DNA of 64,000 bases from Paraspadella gotoi (Eukaryota; Animalia; Chaetognatha): NCBI GenBank assembly GCA_051294375.1, contig CM119266.1, positions 21,031,987 to 21,095,986 on the forward strand, in the 5' to 3' direction. The notes beneath the pieces were generated by a model. It was not told the DNA's origin, did not search any database, and saw only the letters and a program-made list of their open reading frames with translations. A program made the position numbers and the translations under genes. Below are positions 27,508 through 42,405 of the stretch, piece by piece (the stretch's first letter is position 1; each line of letters opens with the position of its first letter).

Positions 27508-27607
27508 GACAGAGCGTGAAGGCCTCGCGCTGGTGAAAGGTTAGAGGGACAGAATTTCACAGTGCAACAGAATTTCTCCTGTTTTTCTCCTTTTGTGCCA
27601 AGAAATC

Positions 27608-27644
<37 letters not shown>

Positions 27645-27649
27645 GAGAG

Positions 27650-27682
<33 letters not shown>

Positions 27683-28280
27683 AGAGGAGAGATCACATGT
27701 GAGAAAGATTAGTCATCCACGATTGTAAAGGAGAGGATGAGGAAAGACGAGATTTTAAATTAAGAATCTGACCCGATACGGATGTGATCCCAAAAGTTAT
27801 ACAGTAGTTGTTGTGGAAAAAAAATAAGCATAGAGTGTGTAATACTTACAATTTAGGGATTAAAAAAATCGATACTAATCCGATGTCACGATTAAAAAGC
27901 CCACATCATATTTGAAATCTTTTCTTTCCAACTAAGCAACTAAAGTTTTGATCGCTGGATTTTCGGTTGCCAAGGAGACGCGCGTTTGCATCGACAGATG
28001 CTGTCATAAATTGGCGAACTCGATTCTAATAATTCTAACTGGCATCGCGGGACATCAAGGGATATGGAGGCGGAATGGAAAGGAGATCACGTCGATTGCC
28101 ACGGGCGAGAGAGAGAGAGAGAGAGAGAGAGAGGAAGAGAGAGAGGAGAAGAGAGAGAGAGGAGAGAGAAGAGAGGAGAGAGAGAGAGAGAAGAAGAGAA
28201 AGCGGGTGATTGTTCTAATATAAAGAAAACTTTAAAAAATTTAAAATAACTATTATATTTTCTCCCTCTCTCTCTCTTCT

Positions 28281-28350
<70 letters not shown>

Positions 28351-28523
28351 TCCTCTCTCTCTCTTTTCGTCTCATCTCTCTCGCAAGGAAAGGAATTATC
28401 GAGAAGGGGGTAAGTTTAATCTCACCCCGCGTCGCGACGATTAAAACGGTCATATGTCGCTCTCTTTTTCGTTTTGTTTCACTTCCCTTCAAAAATCTTC
28501 CTTTCCTCTCCTCGACCCATTCG

Positions 28524-28570
28524 GGCCCCTTGGCCCCTCGGTCCCTTGGCCCCTTGGCCCCTTGGCCCTT
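28524..28570. repeat. 8-bp tandem repeat (GGCCCCTT) x ~6
   Basis: ggccccttggcccctcggtcccttggccccttggccccttggccctt. Confidence 0.85.
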
Positions 28571-31500
28571 TGCATACCGCTGTACCAATTTTTAAACCCT
28601 TGCCTCCGGGTCTTTCGTCTCCACTATCGCAGCGGCAAAAGGTTAGGAAGAGAGGGAGATGGGATATGGAGGAGGTGGAGAGAGGGAAAGAAACGGAATA
28701 GAAGTAGTGAAAGAGAATACGCAGCAGAGGAGAGAGCACGCAGAGAGACGGCAGAGAGAGAGATGACGAGAGAGAGACGAGGATGAGAGAGATGAGAGAG
28801 AGAGAGAGAAGAGAGAAAGCCAGAAAACAGACGTTTAATTTGATTACAAAAAATCTTTGAAAACATCGCCTACCAGAAGAAAAGGAGAGATAGAAATGAA
28901 GAAATAGAAAGGATACTTAAAAGAGAGAGACAGAGAGGTAGAAGAAAGAGAGAGATAAGAAAAGAGAGAAAAGTTGCTGCATAAAATCTCGTCGCTCGTC
29001 AGGCTCAACATCATGGGCCAACAATTTTCCGATAATTTCGAAAAAGTCAGGTCGAAGGAAGAACTTGAAGGGAAAGGAAAGTTGAGATTGTACGAGAGGT
29101 GGAGGTAAGTTTCAGAGCAAGAGAGATGGTGAGTACGAACGCGAAAATACGATTCATATGTAAATTTATATACATTTAATAAAAAAATAAGGACTAAAGA
29201 AAGGCGAGATAAAAACTGTCAGACGCATTTACAATTTCTAAATAAAATGTTTATTTGTGTGTTTTTTTTTTTAAATGTAAAACTTTGGACTATCGATTTA
29301 AAGAATACTCAGATATATATATATAATCCTTTTTCTATTTTTAGGGGTTAAAGAAAAAAAAAGAGAGAGAGAGAGAGAGACGTGTCTATGGGTTCTGCGG
29401 ATTCTATGGGGTTTTAGCAAAAGGGGATTCGGGAATGGAAACAAACTTCATGAAGAAGATTTACGAGGAACGCGAGCGATATCCATTTCAACCATTTTAC
29501 GGTTTTTGGTCCGAGTGGATTCAGAACAAGAGAACAAAAAAAAAAAGAGAAGGCAGGAGGAGGAGAAAGAGAAGGAGGAGGAAAAAAAAGGAAAGGGTTT
29601 TAGGGAGGGAGGAGAAGGAGGAAAGGAAAAGTAGAGGGAGAGAGGGGGTGAAATATAAAAAAAAAAGGAAAAGGAGGTTTGTTACTTGCGCGGGGGGTCG
29701 CATCGCGTCGGGTTGAGGGAGTGAAATCTTTTTTTATTAGAATCCACGGAAAATTGAGAGATTTTTTTTTTTCTGTTAAGGGGGAATTGTGGAAGGAGGA
29801 ATTTGGTGGAAAAGGTGGTTAAAGGGAAAAGGTTTTGGTTATTTAGTGAAAAAATGGCAACTAAAAGTATTTTTTTTAAATCAGTTTTAAATCCGCGTTT
29901 AGAATAAGTTCGATGAACCATCTAGAAAAAAGGTTTCTTACTAAGGGATTGTTAATGAATTTGAAAGGAGAAAAGGGTTGTAACTATTTCGTTTTCGAAG
30001 GGGGCGACGCCGCCGCCAACGCCGCCAACGCCGGGGGCCGAAACGCCCGCGGGGGATGGCACCGCGGTGAAGGGGGGGGGGAGGAGAGCGCGAGTCCTCA
30101 GGCTCTGAGACAAAAGAAGAAAGCGGCACCGATAGAATGGCATTTGCATTTGAGAGACGAAGGAAGGTAAGACGAATTTTATGACCGGGCGTGTTCAAAG
30201 TTTCAGAGGGTTGAAGCGGGAGAGAGATGGAGACGGAGAGGGTGTTGGGAGGAGAGGGAGAGACGGATGGAGAGGGTGTTGGGAAGTGAAACGCGGAACC
30301 CGTTTGGTGTGAGAGGATGAAAGAGTGCTTCAAGTTTTAAGAGGGTGAACGCTTGCCGCAAAGAGTTTGGGGGAGAGGCGAGGTTTAGAGTATGGAATTT
30401 GCCTTAGTGTTCGTTATATAGAGAAAGAACCTCTAATCGAATGGCAGTCAGTGATCTAGAAAATTATTTAAAATTAAAAGAAACGCTCTCGTTAAATACA
30501 GAACTAACAAAAAGTTGGTTTTCAATATCGACTTTTCAACCCGTCTTCCTTCAGGACTCTCAAGAGCCTTACAATATTTTGGTACCAATAAACTACTATA
30601 AATCACAACTTTTGAAGGTTCACTTCACAAATGTCTCACTCGCCACCCTGTCACTCTGAACACTCAAATCCTCACAACCTTTTATCCCNNNNNNNNNNNN
30701 NNNNNNNNNNNNNNNNNNNNNNNNNNNNNNNNNNNNNNNNNNNNNNNNNNNNNNNNNNNNNNNNNNNNNNNNNNNNNNNNNNNNNNNNNNNNNNNNNNNN
30801 NNNNNNNNNNNNNNNNNNNNNNNNNNNNNNNNNNNNNNNNNNNNNNNNNNNNNNNNNNNNNNNNNNNNNNNNNNNNNNNNNNNNNNNNNNNNNNNNNNNN
30901 NNNNNNNNNNNNNNNNNNNNNNNNNNNNNNNNNNNNNNNNNNNNNNNNNNNNNNNNNNNNNNNNNNNNNNNNNNNNNNNNNNNNNNNNNNNNNNNNNNNN
31001 NNNNNNNNNNNNNNNNNNNNNNNNNNNNNNNNNNNNNNNNNNNNNNNNNNNNNNNNNNNNNNNNNNNNNNNNNNNNNNNNNNNNNNNNNNNNNNNNNNNN
31101 NNNNNNNNNNNNNNNNNNNNNNNNNNNNNNNNNNNNNNNNNNNNNNNNNNNNNNNNNNNNNNNNNNNNNNNNNNNNNNNNNNNNNNNNNNNNNNNNNNNN
31201 NNNNNNNNNNNNNNNNNNNNNNNNNNNNNNNAACGCAGAATGATTCGCGACACTTTTTTGTCGCGTTTTCGTTCACAAAACCGGAAACGAGGGTCAACGC
31301 CGCGCGGAGCGAATCTTGTGACATTTCGTGAACTCAAACTTCGCCGGCGCCAAGGACCGGCGGCGAACAGCGAAAAGTTTGGAATATCGCGTGAAAAAAA
31401 TAAAGAAGTCAACACCGATTCAAGAGGAAAAACATCTGTGGACAAAAAAATATAATAAATTTGCGATAGTAATGTAAAGAAAGGAAAACAACGTTAGTAC

Positions 31501-32070
31501 ACTACAAAAAATTAATTGTTTTATCCTTTCTTTTATTAAAATAAAGAATGTAACTAATCTGCAATAGGGGCCCGAAGCGATGACGAATTGATGGAAATCA
31601 ATAAAATTTAGTCAATAGAATACCTATGACTGATGACTAAACCTGCGATCTTGCCTCTCCAGTATCAAAGTATTATTAGTGCCACAGTAACTGTTCAGCT
31701 TAAGCCCTTGAAAGCGATTTACATGTATTGGCGCAGCCACTGGTTTTATTATCGTATCTAATTCTATTTCCATCGGTGCCTCGTCCAGAAAATTAACGGC
31801 ATCGAGACTTTTCATCGTTCTTACTCTCCAAATCTCGATCGTAAAAACCTCCTTCCAATCGAATTTCGACCGAGGCTAAGAAAATTCTAATTCGTCTCTC
31901 GCGCATGCAAGATGCATGGCGAGCGAAGGACGATCGGAGAAAATGTAATTGCGGACCCGCCGGCGTTTGTAGCTACATTAAAAGCGTTTCAACAATTTCC
32001 AAAAAGACGTCATCAAGAACGTGGGAGAAGATTCCAAGCGAGCGCGTCACCGTTCGTCGTCTCGCTCGCC

Positions 32071-32226
32071 GATTGGCCAGAGACATGGTGTCCCCGTGCC
32101 GTGATTTGTCCGATTGGGCCGCGCAGCTTCGATCGATATTATCGTCACGTGACCCGGTCGAGAGAACCAATCGCGAACCTCGGTCACGTGATCGGAGAAT
32201 TTTGCTCACGTGATCTTCGGTCACGT
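32071..32226. promoter_or_regulatory. promoter-like cluster of CCAAT boxes and TCACGTGA E-boxes
   Basis: GATTGG at 32071 and 32112; CCAAT at 32167; GTCACGTGAC 32144-32153; GTCACGTGAT 32183-32192; CTCACGTGAT 32205-32214; CpG-rich context. Confidence 0.5.
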
Positions 32227-33090
32227 CCGATCGGTGGAGTGGAAGGGAAAAGTGTGTGGGGGGGGGAGGAAAGTGCGGAGAGAAAGGGGATAGGGAAATA
32301 TGAATGGGGCGGAGAGGAAGGGAAACACCAGAGCAAATTCATTTCGTTCTCTCTCGTCTCTGTCTCTGTCCTCTGTCTCTGTAGTCGTCGAAAACGACTT
32401 GAAATGGACGAGTAGATGCTTTCGAAGTAGGATGCCAAGTAGACAGGAAATCGCCGATTGAGGAATATGTAACACTTGATTGGCGGAGAGAGAGAAGAGA
32501 GAGGAGAGAGAGAGAGAGAGAGAAGAGAGAGAAAGAGGAGAGAAGAGAGAGGAGAGAGAGAGAGAGATGAACTTTTCTTTTACAGGCGACGAAAAAGAAG
32601 ACATGAATGTTGACAATGATCAATCCCTATCAATTACGTTTACCCTATTGCAAGAACATCGGACCGCAAAGCGACGAATGGATTCATCAAGTTTAGAAAT
32701 TGTCTGTTTGTAAAGGGTTTTAGTAGTCTTTATATTTGTTTCTATTCTATTTGTTTCTAATTTATCCACAGCAACCATACGACGTTCAATAGTAAAACGT
32801 TTCGAAAAAAACGTAGAGTTGCGAGCTCACTCGGAGAATGCGACATCAGCTTCAAAGCTTTTCGTTGCTTGTGATCAGAGGAACGTTCAAATGGTCGACC
32901 GAAAGACTGGAGAAATGTAAACAAACCAAATGGCGAGAAAATGAGGCGAAATGACAGCGGGATATCGAGGAAGCGAAAGGGGAGGTGGGGGACAGAAAGT
33001 GCAATCCTGACCGATTTATAACTTGCGCAAACAAGTCGCAGATTTCAAAGGGAAATATATAGACCAGTTGCTCTCGCTCTCGTTCTCTCC

Positions 33091-33140
<50 letters not shown>

Positions 33141-33325
33141 TTACTTATTTAAGATTTCTAGCACTTTCTCATTCACAGTGCCCATGTTCCAGTTTCATCA
33201 TGTACGGTTGCCTTTACAACAGGGCATTAAAGATTCTACTCCCTCCTCTCTTCTCTCTCTCTCTCTTCTCTCTCTCTACCTCTCTCTCTCTCTGCCTCTC
33301 TGCTCTGTCTCCTTTCATCTCCCTT

Positions 33326-33371
<46 letters not shown>

Positions 33372-35566
33372 CGTTCGGCGTTTAGGCGAACGTGATTGAA
33401 CGCTATATGACGTCTCTGGACGCAACGCTACAGATGAGATGTAAACAAAACAACGCCGACAACTGCACAGTTCACGCTTGAATGTCTCCAAAGATATATG
33501 TCCAAGCCTTCGGCTGATATTATTTGATAATAAAAATCGAGATCGTCGGCAGCCACACAAAAAAATACTTTACTTCTTACTAATTGATATGAATGAATAA
33601 TTAACTTCCGGCATTTCTATACAATTTAAAGAAAAAAAATAACAAAATTGGGACCCCAAAATCGTTTACCACCTCACCCCGTTGTTCGCCAATCAAGAAA
33701 CCCCCGGTAAACCCAACGATATTAGATACGCGACCAAAATACCGCAATTCGTCCGCCGCCCTTCCCACCAACCTCGCCCTACACCCCGAGGGGGGGCGTA
33801 AAATTCGAGAGGTGGGTTGGGACAGTCGCGCGGAGTTTGGGGGTTGGGATGGCCGGAAGCCGAGGCGAACCCATTGCGCCCTCTGTCGGAGTCGAGGCGA
33901 ATTAATTTTAGACGCAATCCGTTGGACCACAACAACTGAACGGGACCCTACGACGACGACGACGACATTGTGTCCGCCGCGGTCGTTATTATCGCCGCCA
34001 TTGTTGCATGGACGACGCCTGAAACGATTCGCTCGAAAATTAAATTTTCTCTCTCGCGCGAATCGAACATTGGAGATAAAACTTTGACTAGCAAGGGGGG
34101 GGGCGAAAATTCGGTCACACTCGCATTAATTATCATATATGTAATATTAAGAGTATATTTATTTTATTTAAAAAACGTTCTAAAAGAAAACAATACGGTT
34201 TAACCGACCCTTCGTACTTCTCCATAGATCATTTCCTCCTTCCCTTTTCCAAAAACCATCCCTTTCCCCCCCCCTCGCCTCCCTCTCCCCCCCAGTTTCC
34301 ACATCCTCAATCAGATCGCTCGCTGCGGCGCAAGAGGCGAGAAAAAAAAAACGCATAACATAAAGGAGCGAAACCCAAAAACAAGGTGAATGTACTAAAA
34401 ATGGCCGCTGTATGGGCCGTTGTGAGGGAGGGGGGGTAAAGAGATGGGGAGATGGGTGCCATGGGCTGAAGGTAATCCGAGAGGGGGGGTGGGTGTGATT
34501 CCGGTCGGTGGCCCGATATATCGACCGGTGACTGGAATGGAAGGTTTTAAAATTGGATTTGAATTAAATTATTAAAGTATAAACTATAATAATTTCAATT
34601 TTCATATCAGCCATCGGATAACTTATAGTTTGACGTTCCTTACTCTATCTCTCTCTTTCTCTCGTCTCTCACACTCTCTCTCTCTCTCTCTCCTCTCTCC
34701 CCAAACTTTTCTCTCATTTATTCCCTTATCTTCTCTGGTTAGGGTATGCGAGAGGGAGCGCCTTTCCCCCCTCCCCCCCTTTTGCGACGCCCCTGGGTCC
34801 TCGTCGGTACCACCATAACCCGAGCTTCCCGATATTTATAAATGGTTCGGTACTGGAGCGGAATTAGTCGTCCTCGATATCCCTTCGCGCAGATCCCGAG
34901 GTCACGGGGGGTCAGCGCGGAAATGTGGGATCGGGCGAGGGGGGAAGGAGGGAGGGTGGGCGGAGGGGTGGGTTGATTAAGGGTGGAGTTGGGGCTTGGA
35001 TGGGGGGGAGGATCAAGGGTGGTCGATTTTGCGGGGTCATCAGTCGTCTGGGAGGAACTGGCGGGAGATTAATGAGTAGTGTTTTTGAGAGAAATGTAAG
35101 AGTGTGTATGGAGGTCCTTATGCATTTGTTCTTTAAGATATGAGTAATTTTCGGGTATCCTATTTCAAAGCTTCCCCATTTCAGTTTCTTAATTTTTCCG
35201 GAACTCAATTTCAACATTAAAGTTAAGGATAATCTGTTACCAAACCCTAAACCTATTCCCGTAACCAAACCTATCCTATCTATTTCTAACCCATCTATCA
35301 TCTGTAATTTAATCTCAATCCTACTATATCCGTAACACACTAACTAACCCTAAATCTATAAAACTTAAAAAAAAAATTAGTTGCGATATATAAGATCAAT
35401 TTTCGATTCTAAGCTCATGTCTTCATATATAGAAATGAATTCTGATGAGCCTTCTATCAGAGCTATTATGTAAGATCATATCACCCATATAACAAATTTC
35501 ACCCTTTTATTATATTATTAAGAATTGATTGACCACCATTTGATTTATCATAATATCATATGTAAT

Positions 35567-35712
35567 TGAAATTAGTACACCAATATAAAAATCATCCATT
35601 CATTTAATAAATAAGCTATATTCCCCTGACTTTGGACAGGCTTTGGCGGTTTAAGCCTCCATCACTTTACAAATAAGACATAGCAGGTCCTTGCAAGCTT
35701 TCAATCAAGACT
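35567..35712 (-). mobile_element. copy of a ~150-bp dispersed repeat (family A)
   Basis: Matches 41207-41354, 44501-44620, 62054-62206 and 63014-63908: ttggtacaaccaatataaaa..atccattcatttaataaa..cccctgactttggacaggc..gcaagctttcaatcaagact. Strand follows the orientation carrying the hammerhead-like GAAAGCTT. Confidence 0.8.
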
Positions 35713-36612
35713 GATGGTATTTCATACCTCCATGTCTCGATTCAAACGTTCCCCTTTCCAGTGAAACACCTTCCCACCCACACCCTACACCTGCCCACCC
35801 CCCACCCCCCACCCTCTCCACCCCCTCCATCTCCGACCCCCGGCGAAAACTTCATCATCGGGGAACAAGATGAGCAATAAAATGGATGGACAGGAACGGA
35901 AGACATGAACGGCGATGACGGCAGCTAAGTATGAGGGTTTCAAGGGGGAAAGCGCGCGAGTAACGACACGATGATACGAGAACGGCGGGCGATAACGAAG
36001 AATGAAAGGAGGATAACGAAGACGATGACGATGATGTCGAAGACGAAAAAAAAACGAAGAAGCGCTGAAGGAAGACATTATCGTTTGTTAATTTCGACTC
36101 GGCTGTAATATTATGATGTAAGTGAAATTTGTTAATATTTTTTTAAAATTCACATAAACTTTTCACGTAAATTTTGGTTGGAAAACTTTTGATTTTAATA
36201 TTCGAAAAAAAAAAAACAAACAAGTTTTTTAACAAACAACGATTTGTTTTATTTGGAAAAAAATTTTTTTTTCTGATATGAAAAGAAATCGTTATGTGTT
36301 ACCAAAACTTTGTTTTCCCTTTCGATTTATAGTCACAACGACAGAAGGTTTATTAAAACGATTTTAATATTTTAGAAAATATAATCTAAAACGTCAACAA
36401 AATAGACCGGATATCGACACACAGCTCAAACAACCTTTTCTCCATCCACCTCTCCATTCTCCATCCAGCCCCATCCTGGATTCAACCCAACCCACTCTCC
36501 CCTCTCTTTCCCTTAAATTTCCTTTCCTTCACTTTTATCTCGATTCTCGATTTCGCCTTCAACCGAAATGGATATAAGCTCGCGTCATAGATCACGTCCA
36601 CTCTGGAGATTA

Positions 36613-36671
<59 letters not shown>

Positions 36672-38080
36672 TCTCTCTCTCTTCCTCTCTTCCCAAGAGT
36701 GGGCGTGGTAACTCGATGTTCTTTTCCGGACATTCATAGGGGCATCCATCAAGGATTCCATGGAACAAATTTCTACAAACTGCCCACGTCACTCGGGCTC
36801 GGCCCTTGAGCGAAAACCTCTGACTGGATTTTCCGAGAAATTCTTTTCACAGAAACGAAATTGAAAGAATAGAATTCACTATTTTTTTTGTTACCATCGC
36901 GTTTTCATTTTGATTTACAGTCCTGTGCAAAAAAAAGAAAAAAAAAAATAGGAGACTATTTGAATGATAAATGTAGTTTTCTAAAAGGGGAATCCATACA
37001 TGTAAATTCATAAAAATCGATCCGAAGAAATTTTTTATTAGTATTTTAGGGTGTTCTCTTTTTTTTTTTGCAGAGGACTGTACGCATCTATTTCACGCAC
37101 ACATCTGTCAGATTTCATGCAGACTTCCATTCCGTCTATGTATCCATTTTCTTTCCCCCTCACTTCGTCTTTCTTTCTCTCCTTCTGACTTCAGACTCGA
37201 CAATGGGTCAGGGGAATCAAACTCCATATAGGAGATCCCCCCCTCGTTTTTATCCCACTTTGTCCTTCTCCGATCCTCAACCCCCAAATCTATTCCCCTC
37301 TCGACTTTCTCGATACGATAATCCGCCCCCCCCCCGGCGAAGCGCGAAGTTTTTGCGCGTCTCTTTCCCACTAACGACGCGGACGAAGGGTTGAAGGTGC
37401 GGCGGCGGCGGCGGCGGCGGCGGCGGCCGGTCGCGGAGGTCAATATCGAGGGGTCGCGGTTTCACGTAGTCTTGACTCCTCGACCTCATGGGATCGCCTC
37501 CAAGTCGAGGGACGAAATGGAAAATATCTAACTCATATTTTAAATATTTTTAATACGTTGAAAATACATACGTTAAAACATTAAATTAATAATGATACAG
37601 AACGCTATTGAAAAAAAAAACATGAAGTAGCATCGAATTCTCTCCGGTACCACATTGATATTTTTCCTTCGTAAATCCGATGTAAATCTATCGGTATCTC
37701 GCCCGCTTCAAAAACCTCTTCGCTGCCTCACAAACCCTCAATGACGGAGGAGGGGAAAAATTTCCATTTCCAAAAAAGGCGGTTTGAACCAGGGAGGGGG
37801 GGGTGGAGCGAAGGGAAAAGGGGTGAGAGACGAAGGCCCTCGGGAACCTCTATGATGTAAATCCGTTTATTTATAACCATTCATTTTCGANNNNNNNNNN
37901 NNNNNNNNNNNNNNNCAGATGCAAATGTCATTTTCGATTCTCTCTCTGTCTCTGTCTCTGTCTCTCTGTCTCTGTAGTCGTCGAAAACGACTTGAAGATG
38001 GACGAGTAGATGACGAAGTGGATGGCCAAGTCAAGACATGGAAATCGCCGATTGAGGAATATTGTAAAACTTGATTGGCG

Positions 38081-38157
<77 letters not shown>

Positions 38158-38692
38158 AACTTTTCTTTTTAACAGGCGACGAAAAAGAAAGAACATGAAA
38201 TGTTGACAATTGATCAATCCCTATCAATTACGTTTACCCTATTGCAAGAACATCGGAACCGCAAAGCGACAATGATTCATCAAATTTTAGAATTGTCTGT
38301 TTGTTAGAGAGGGTTTATATGTCTTTAGTCTTTACTATTTGTTTCTAATTTCTAATTTGTTTCTAATTTATCCACAGCAACCATACATCGCTTTCAATAT
38401 AAAACGTTTGCGAAAAAAACGTAGAGTTCGACTCACTCGAAAATCGACATCAGCTTCAAACGCTTGTTTCGTCTCCGCTTGATTTGATCGAGGAACGTTT
38501 AATGTCGAACCGGAAAGACTTGGCCGAAAATTGTAAACAAACAAATGGCGAGAAATGAGGCGAAATGACAGCGGGATATCGAAGGAAGCGAAAGGGGAGG
38601 TGGGGACAGGAAAGTGGCAATCCTGACCGATTTATAAGTTGCGCAAACAAGTCGCAGATTTCAAAGGGAAATATATAGACCAGTTGCTCTCG

Positions 38693-38741
<49 letters not shown>

Positions 38742-38836
38742 TTATTTCTGATTCTAGCACTTTCTCATTCACGTGCCCATGTTCCAGTTTCAATCATGTA
38801 CGTGTTGCCTTTGACAACAAGCGGCATTAAAGATCT

Positions 38837-38902
<66 letters not shown>

Positions 38903-40794
38903 TCGTTCGTGCGATTTAGGCGAAAGTGATTGAACGCTATATGACGTCTCTGGATTCCGCACGCTACGATGACGATGTAAACAAAAACAACGCCGACAAC
39001 TGCACAGATTCACGCTTGAATGTCTCCAAAGATAATGTCCAAGCCTTCGAGCTGAGTATTACTTTGATAATAAAATCGAGACTTCGGGCAGCCACAAAAA
39101 AAAAAAAATACTTACTTCTTTACTATATGATTATGAATGAATAATTAACTTCCGGCATTTTATACAATTTAAAAAAAAAAATAACAAAATTGGGACCCCA
39201 AAATCGTTTACCACCTCACCCCGTTGTTCGCGCAATCAAGAACCCCCGGTAAACGCCAACGATAATTAGATACGCGACCAAAATGACCGCAATTCGTCCG
39301 CCGCCCTTCCCACCAACCTCGCCCTATCACCCCGAGGGGGAGGGCGTAAATTCGAGGGTGGGTTGGGACAGTCGGCGCGGAGGTTGGGGGGGTTGGGGAT
39401 GGCCGGAAGCCGAGGCGACCCATTGCGCCCTCTGTCGGAGTCGAGGCGAATTAATTTTAGACGCAATCCGTTGACCACAACAATGACGAGGACGCCTACG
39501 ACGACGACGACGACATTGTGTCCGCCGCGGTCGTTATTATCGCCGCCCATTGTTGCCATGACGACGGCCTGAGAACGATTCGCTCGAAAATTAAATTTTC
39601 TCTCTCGCGCGAATCGAACATTGGGAGATAAAACTTTTGACTAGAAAGGGGGGGGGGCGAAAATTCGGTCAGCACTCGCATTGTATATTGTATTCATATA
39701 TTGTATATATATATTAAGAGTTATTTATTTTATTTAAAAACGTTCGAAAAGAAAACAATACGTTACACTTCCTCCCATAATCATTTCCACCTTCCCCTTT
39801 TCCAAAAACTCATTCTCCTTCCCCCCCCCTCGCCTCCCTCTCCCCCCCAGTTTCCACATCCTCAATCAGATCGCTCGCTGCGGCGCAAAGGCGAGAAAAA
39901 AAAAACCATAACAATAAAGGAGCGAAACCCAAAAAACAAGGATGAATGGATACTAAAAATGGCCGCTGTAATGGGCCGTTGTGAGGGAGGGGGGGTAAAG
40001 AGATGGGGAGATGGTGATGGGTGAAGGTAATCCGTGAGCAGGGGGGGTGGGTGGTGATTCCGGTCGGTGGCCCGATATATTCGACCGGTGACTGGAATGG
40101 AAGGTTTTAAAATTGGATTTTGAGATTTAAATTATTAAAGTATTAAACTATAATAATTTCAATTTTCAATCAGCCATCGGATAACTTATAGTCTTTACGT
40201 TCCTTACTCTATCTCTCTCTTTCTCTCGGTCTCTCACACTCTCTCTCTCTCTCTCATTCTCCCAAACTTTCTCTCATTTATTCCCTTATCTTCTCTGTTA
40301 TGGGTTATCGCGAGAGGGAGCGCCTTTCCCCCCTCCACCCCTTTTGGACGCCCCGTGGTCTCGTCGGTACCACCATAACCCGAGGCTTCCCGATATTTAT
40401 AAATGGTTCCGGTACTGGAGTCGGAATTAGTCGTCCTCGATATCCCTTCGCGCGATCCCGAGGTCAACGGGGGTCAGCGCGGAAATGGGGATCGGGCGAG
40501 GGGGGAAGGAGGGAGGGTGGGCGGAGGGGTGGGTTGATTAGGGTGGAGTTGGGCTGGACTGGGGGGGGAGGATCAGGGGGTGGTCGATTTTGCGGGGTCA
40601 TCAGTCGTCGTGGGAGGAGAACTGGCGGGAGATTAATGAGTTAGATGTTTTTGAGAGAAATAGTAAGAGTGTGATGGAGTCCTTATGCATTTGTTCTTTA
40701 AGATAGGAGTATTTTCGGGTATCTTTTTCAAAAGCTCCCCATTTCAGTTTCTTAATTCCGGAACTCAATTTCAACATTAAAGTTTAAGGATAAT

Positions 40795-40965
40795 CTGTAA
40801 CCAATCCCTAACACTTATCCCTAACCTAAATTCCTTATCCTATCCTAATCCTTAATCTTAACCCCAAACCCTATGCCCGAATCTTGAATTTTATCCCCTA
40901 ACTCTAATCCCCAATCCCTACCATTATCCCTAACCTAAGCACTAACCGTAACCTCTAACTAAATC
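40795..40965. repeat. degenerate (CCCTAA)-like hexamer array (counterpart at ~35235-35355)
   Basis: ccctaa / cctaat / ccttaa / cccaaa / ccctat units; C-rich strand nearly devoid of G. Confidence 0.7.
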
Positions 40966-41206
40966 TATAAAACTAAAAAAAAAAATTTAGTTGCGAATTT
41001 AAGAATCAATTTTTCAGAGTTCTCAATGCTCAATGCTCTCAAAATAAAATATAGGAAAAATAGAATTACCCTTGAGCCTTTCTATCAAGCTATTATGTAA
41101 GATCATATCACCCATATAAATTTCACCCTTTTATTACTATTATTAGAATTTGATACGACCACCATTTAAATTTTATCATATAATTATATAATATAATCAT
41201 ATAATT

Positions 41207-41354
41207 ATTGGTACAACCAATATAAAAATCATCCATTCATTTAATAAATAAGCTATATTGCCCCTGACTTTGGACAGGCTTTGGCGGTTTAAGGCCTCCA
41301 TCACTCTTACAAGATAACGACATAGCAGGTCCTTGCAAGCTTTCAATCAAGACT
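41207..41354 (-). mobile_element. family A dispersed repeat (duplicate of 35567-35712 within the tandem duplication)
   Basis: Same sequence as the other family A copies. Confidence 0.8.
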
Positions 41355-42287
41355 TGGTATTTCATACCTCCATGTCTCGATTCAAACGTTCCCCCTTTCC
41401 ATTTGAAACACCTTCCCACACCACCACCCTACCACCTGCCCACCCACTCACCCCCCTCCCTTCTCCACCCCTCCATCTCCGACCCCCGGCGAAAACTTCA
41501 TCATCGGGGAACAAGAATGAAGCAAATAAGAATGGATGGAAGGAAACAGTGAAGAATGAACGGCGATGACGGCAGCTAAGTATGAGAGGAATTTCAGAGG
41601 AGGGAAACGACGACGATAACGACGACGATGATAACGACGATAACGCGCGGGCGATAACGAAGAATGAAAAGGAGGATAACGAAGACGATGACGATGATGT
41701 CGAAGACGAAAAAAAAAACGAAGAATGGCGCTGAGGAAGAATTATCGTTCTGTTGAATTTCGACTCGGCTGTAATAATTATGTATGTAAGTGAAATTTTT
41801 AATATTTTTTTAAAGATTCACATAAACTTTTCACGTAAATTTGGTTGGAAAACTTTTGATTTTAATATTCGAAAAAAAAACAAACAAAGTTTTGTTAACA
41901 AACAACGATTTGTTTTATTTGGAAAAAAATACTTTTTTTCTGATATGAAAAGAAATCGTTATGTGTTACCAAAACTTTGTTTTCCCTTTCGAATTTATAG
42001 TCACAACGACAGAAAGGTTTATTAAAACGATTTTAATATTTTAGAAAATATAATCTAAAACGTCAACAAAATAGACCGGATATTCGACACACAGCTCAAC
42101 AACCTTTTCTCCATCCCACCTCTCCCATTCTCCATCCAGCCCCATCCTGGATTCAACCCAACCCCACCTCTCCCCTCTCTTTCCCTTAAATTTCCTTTCC
42201 TTCACTTTTATCTCGATTCTCGATTTCGCCTTCAACCGGAAATGGATATAAGCTCGCGTCCATAGATCACGTCCACTCTGGAGATTA

Positions 42288-42405
<118 letters not shown>

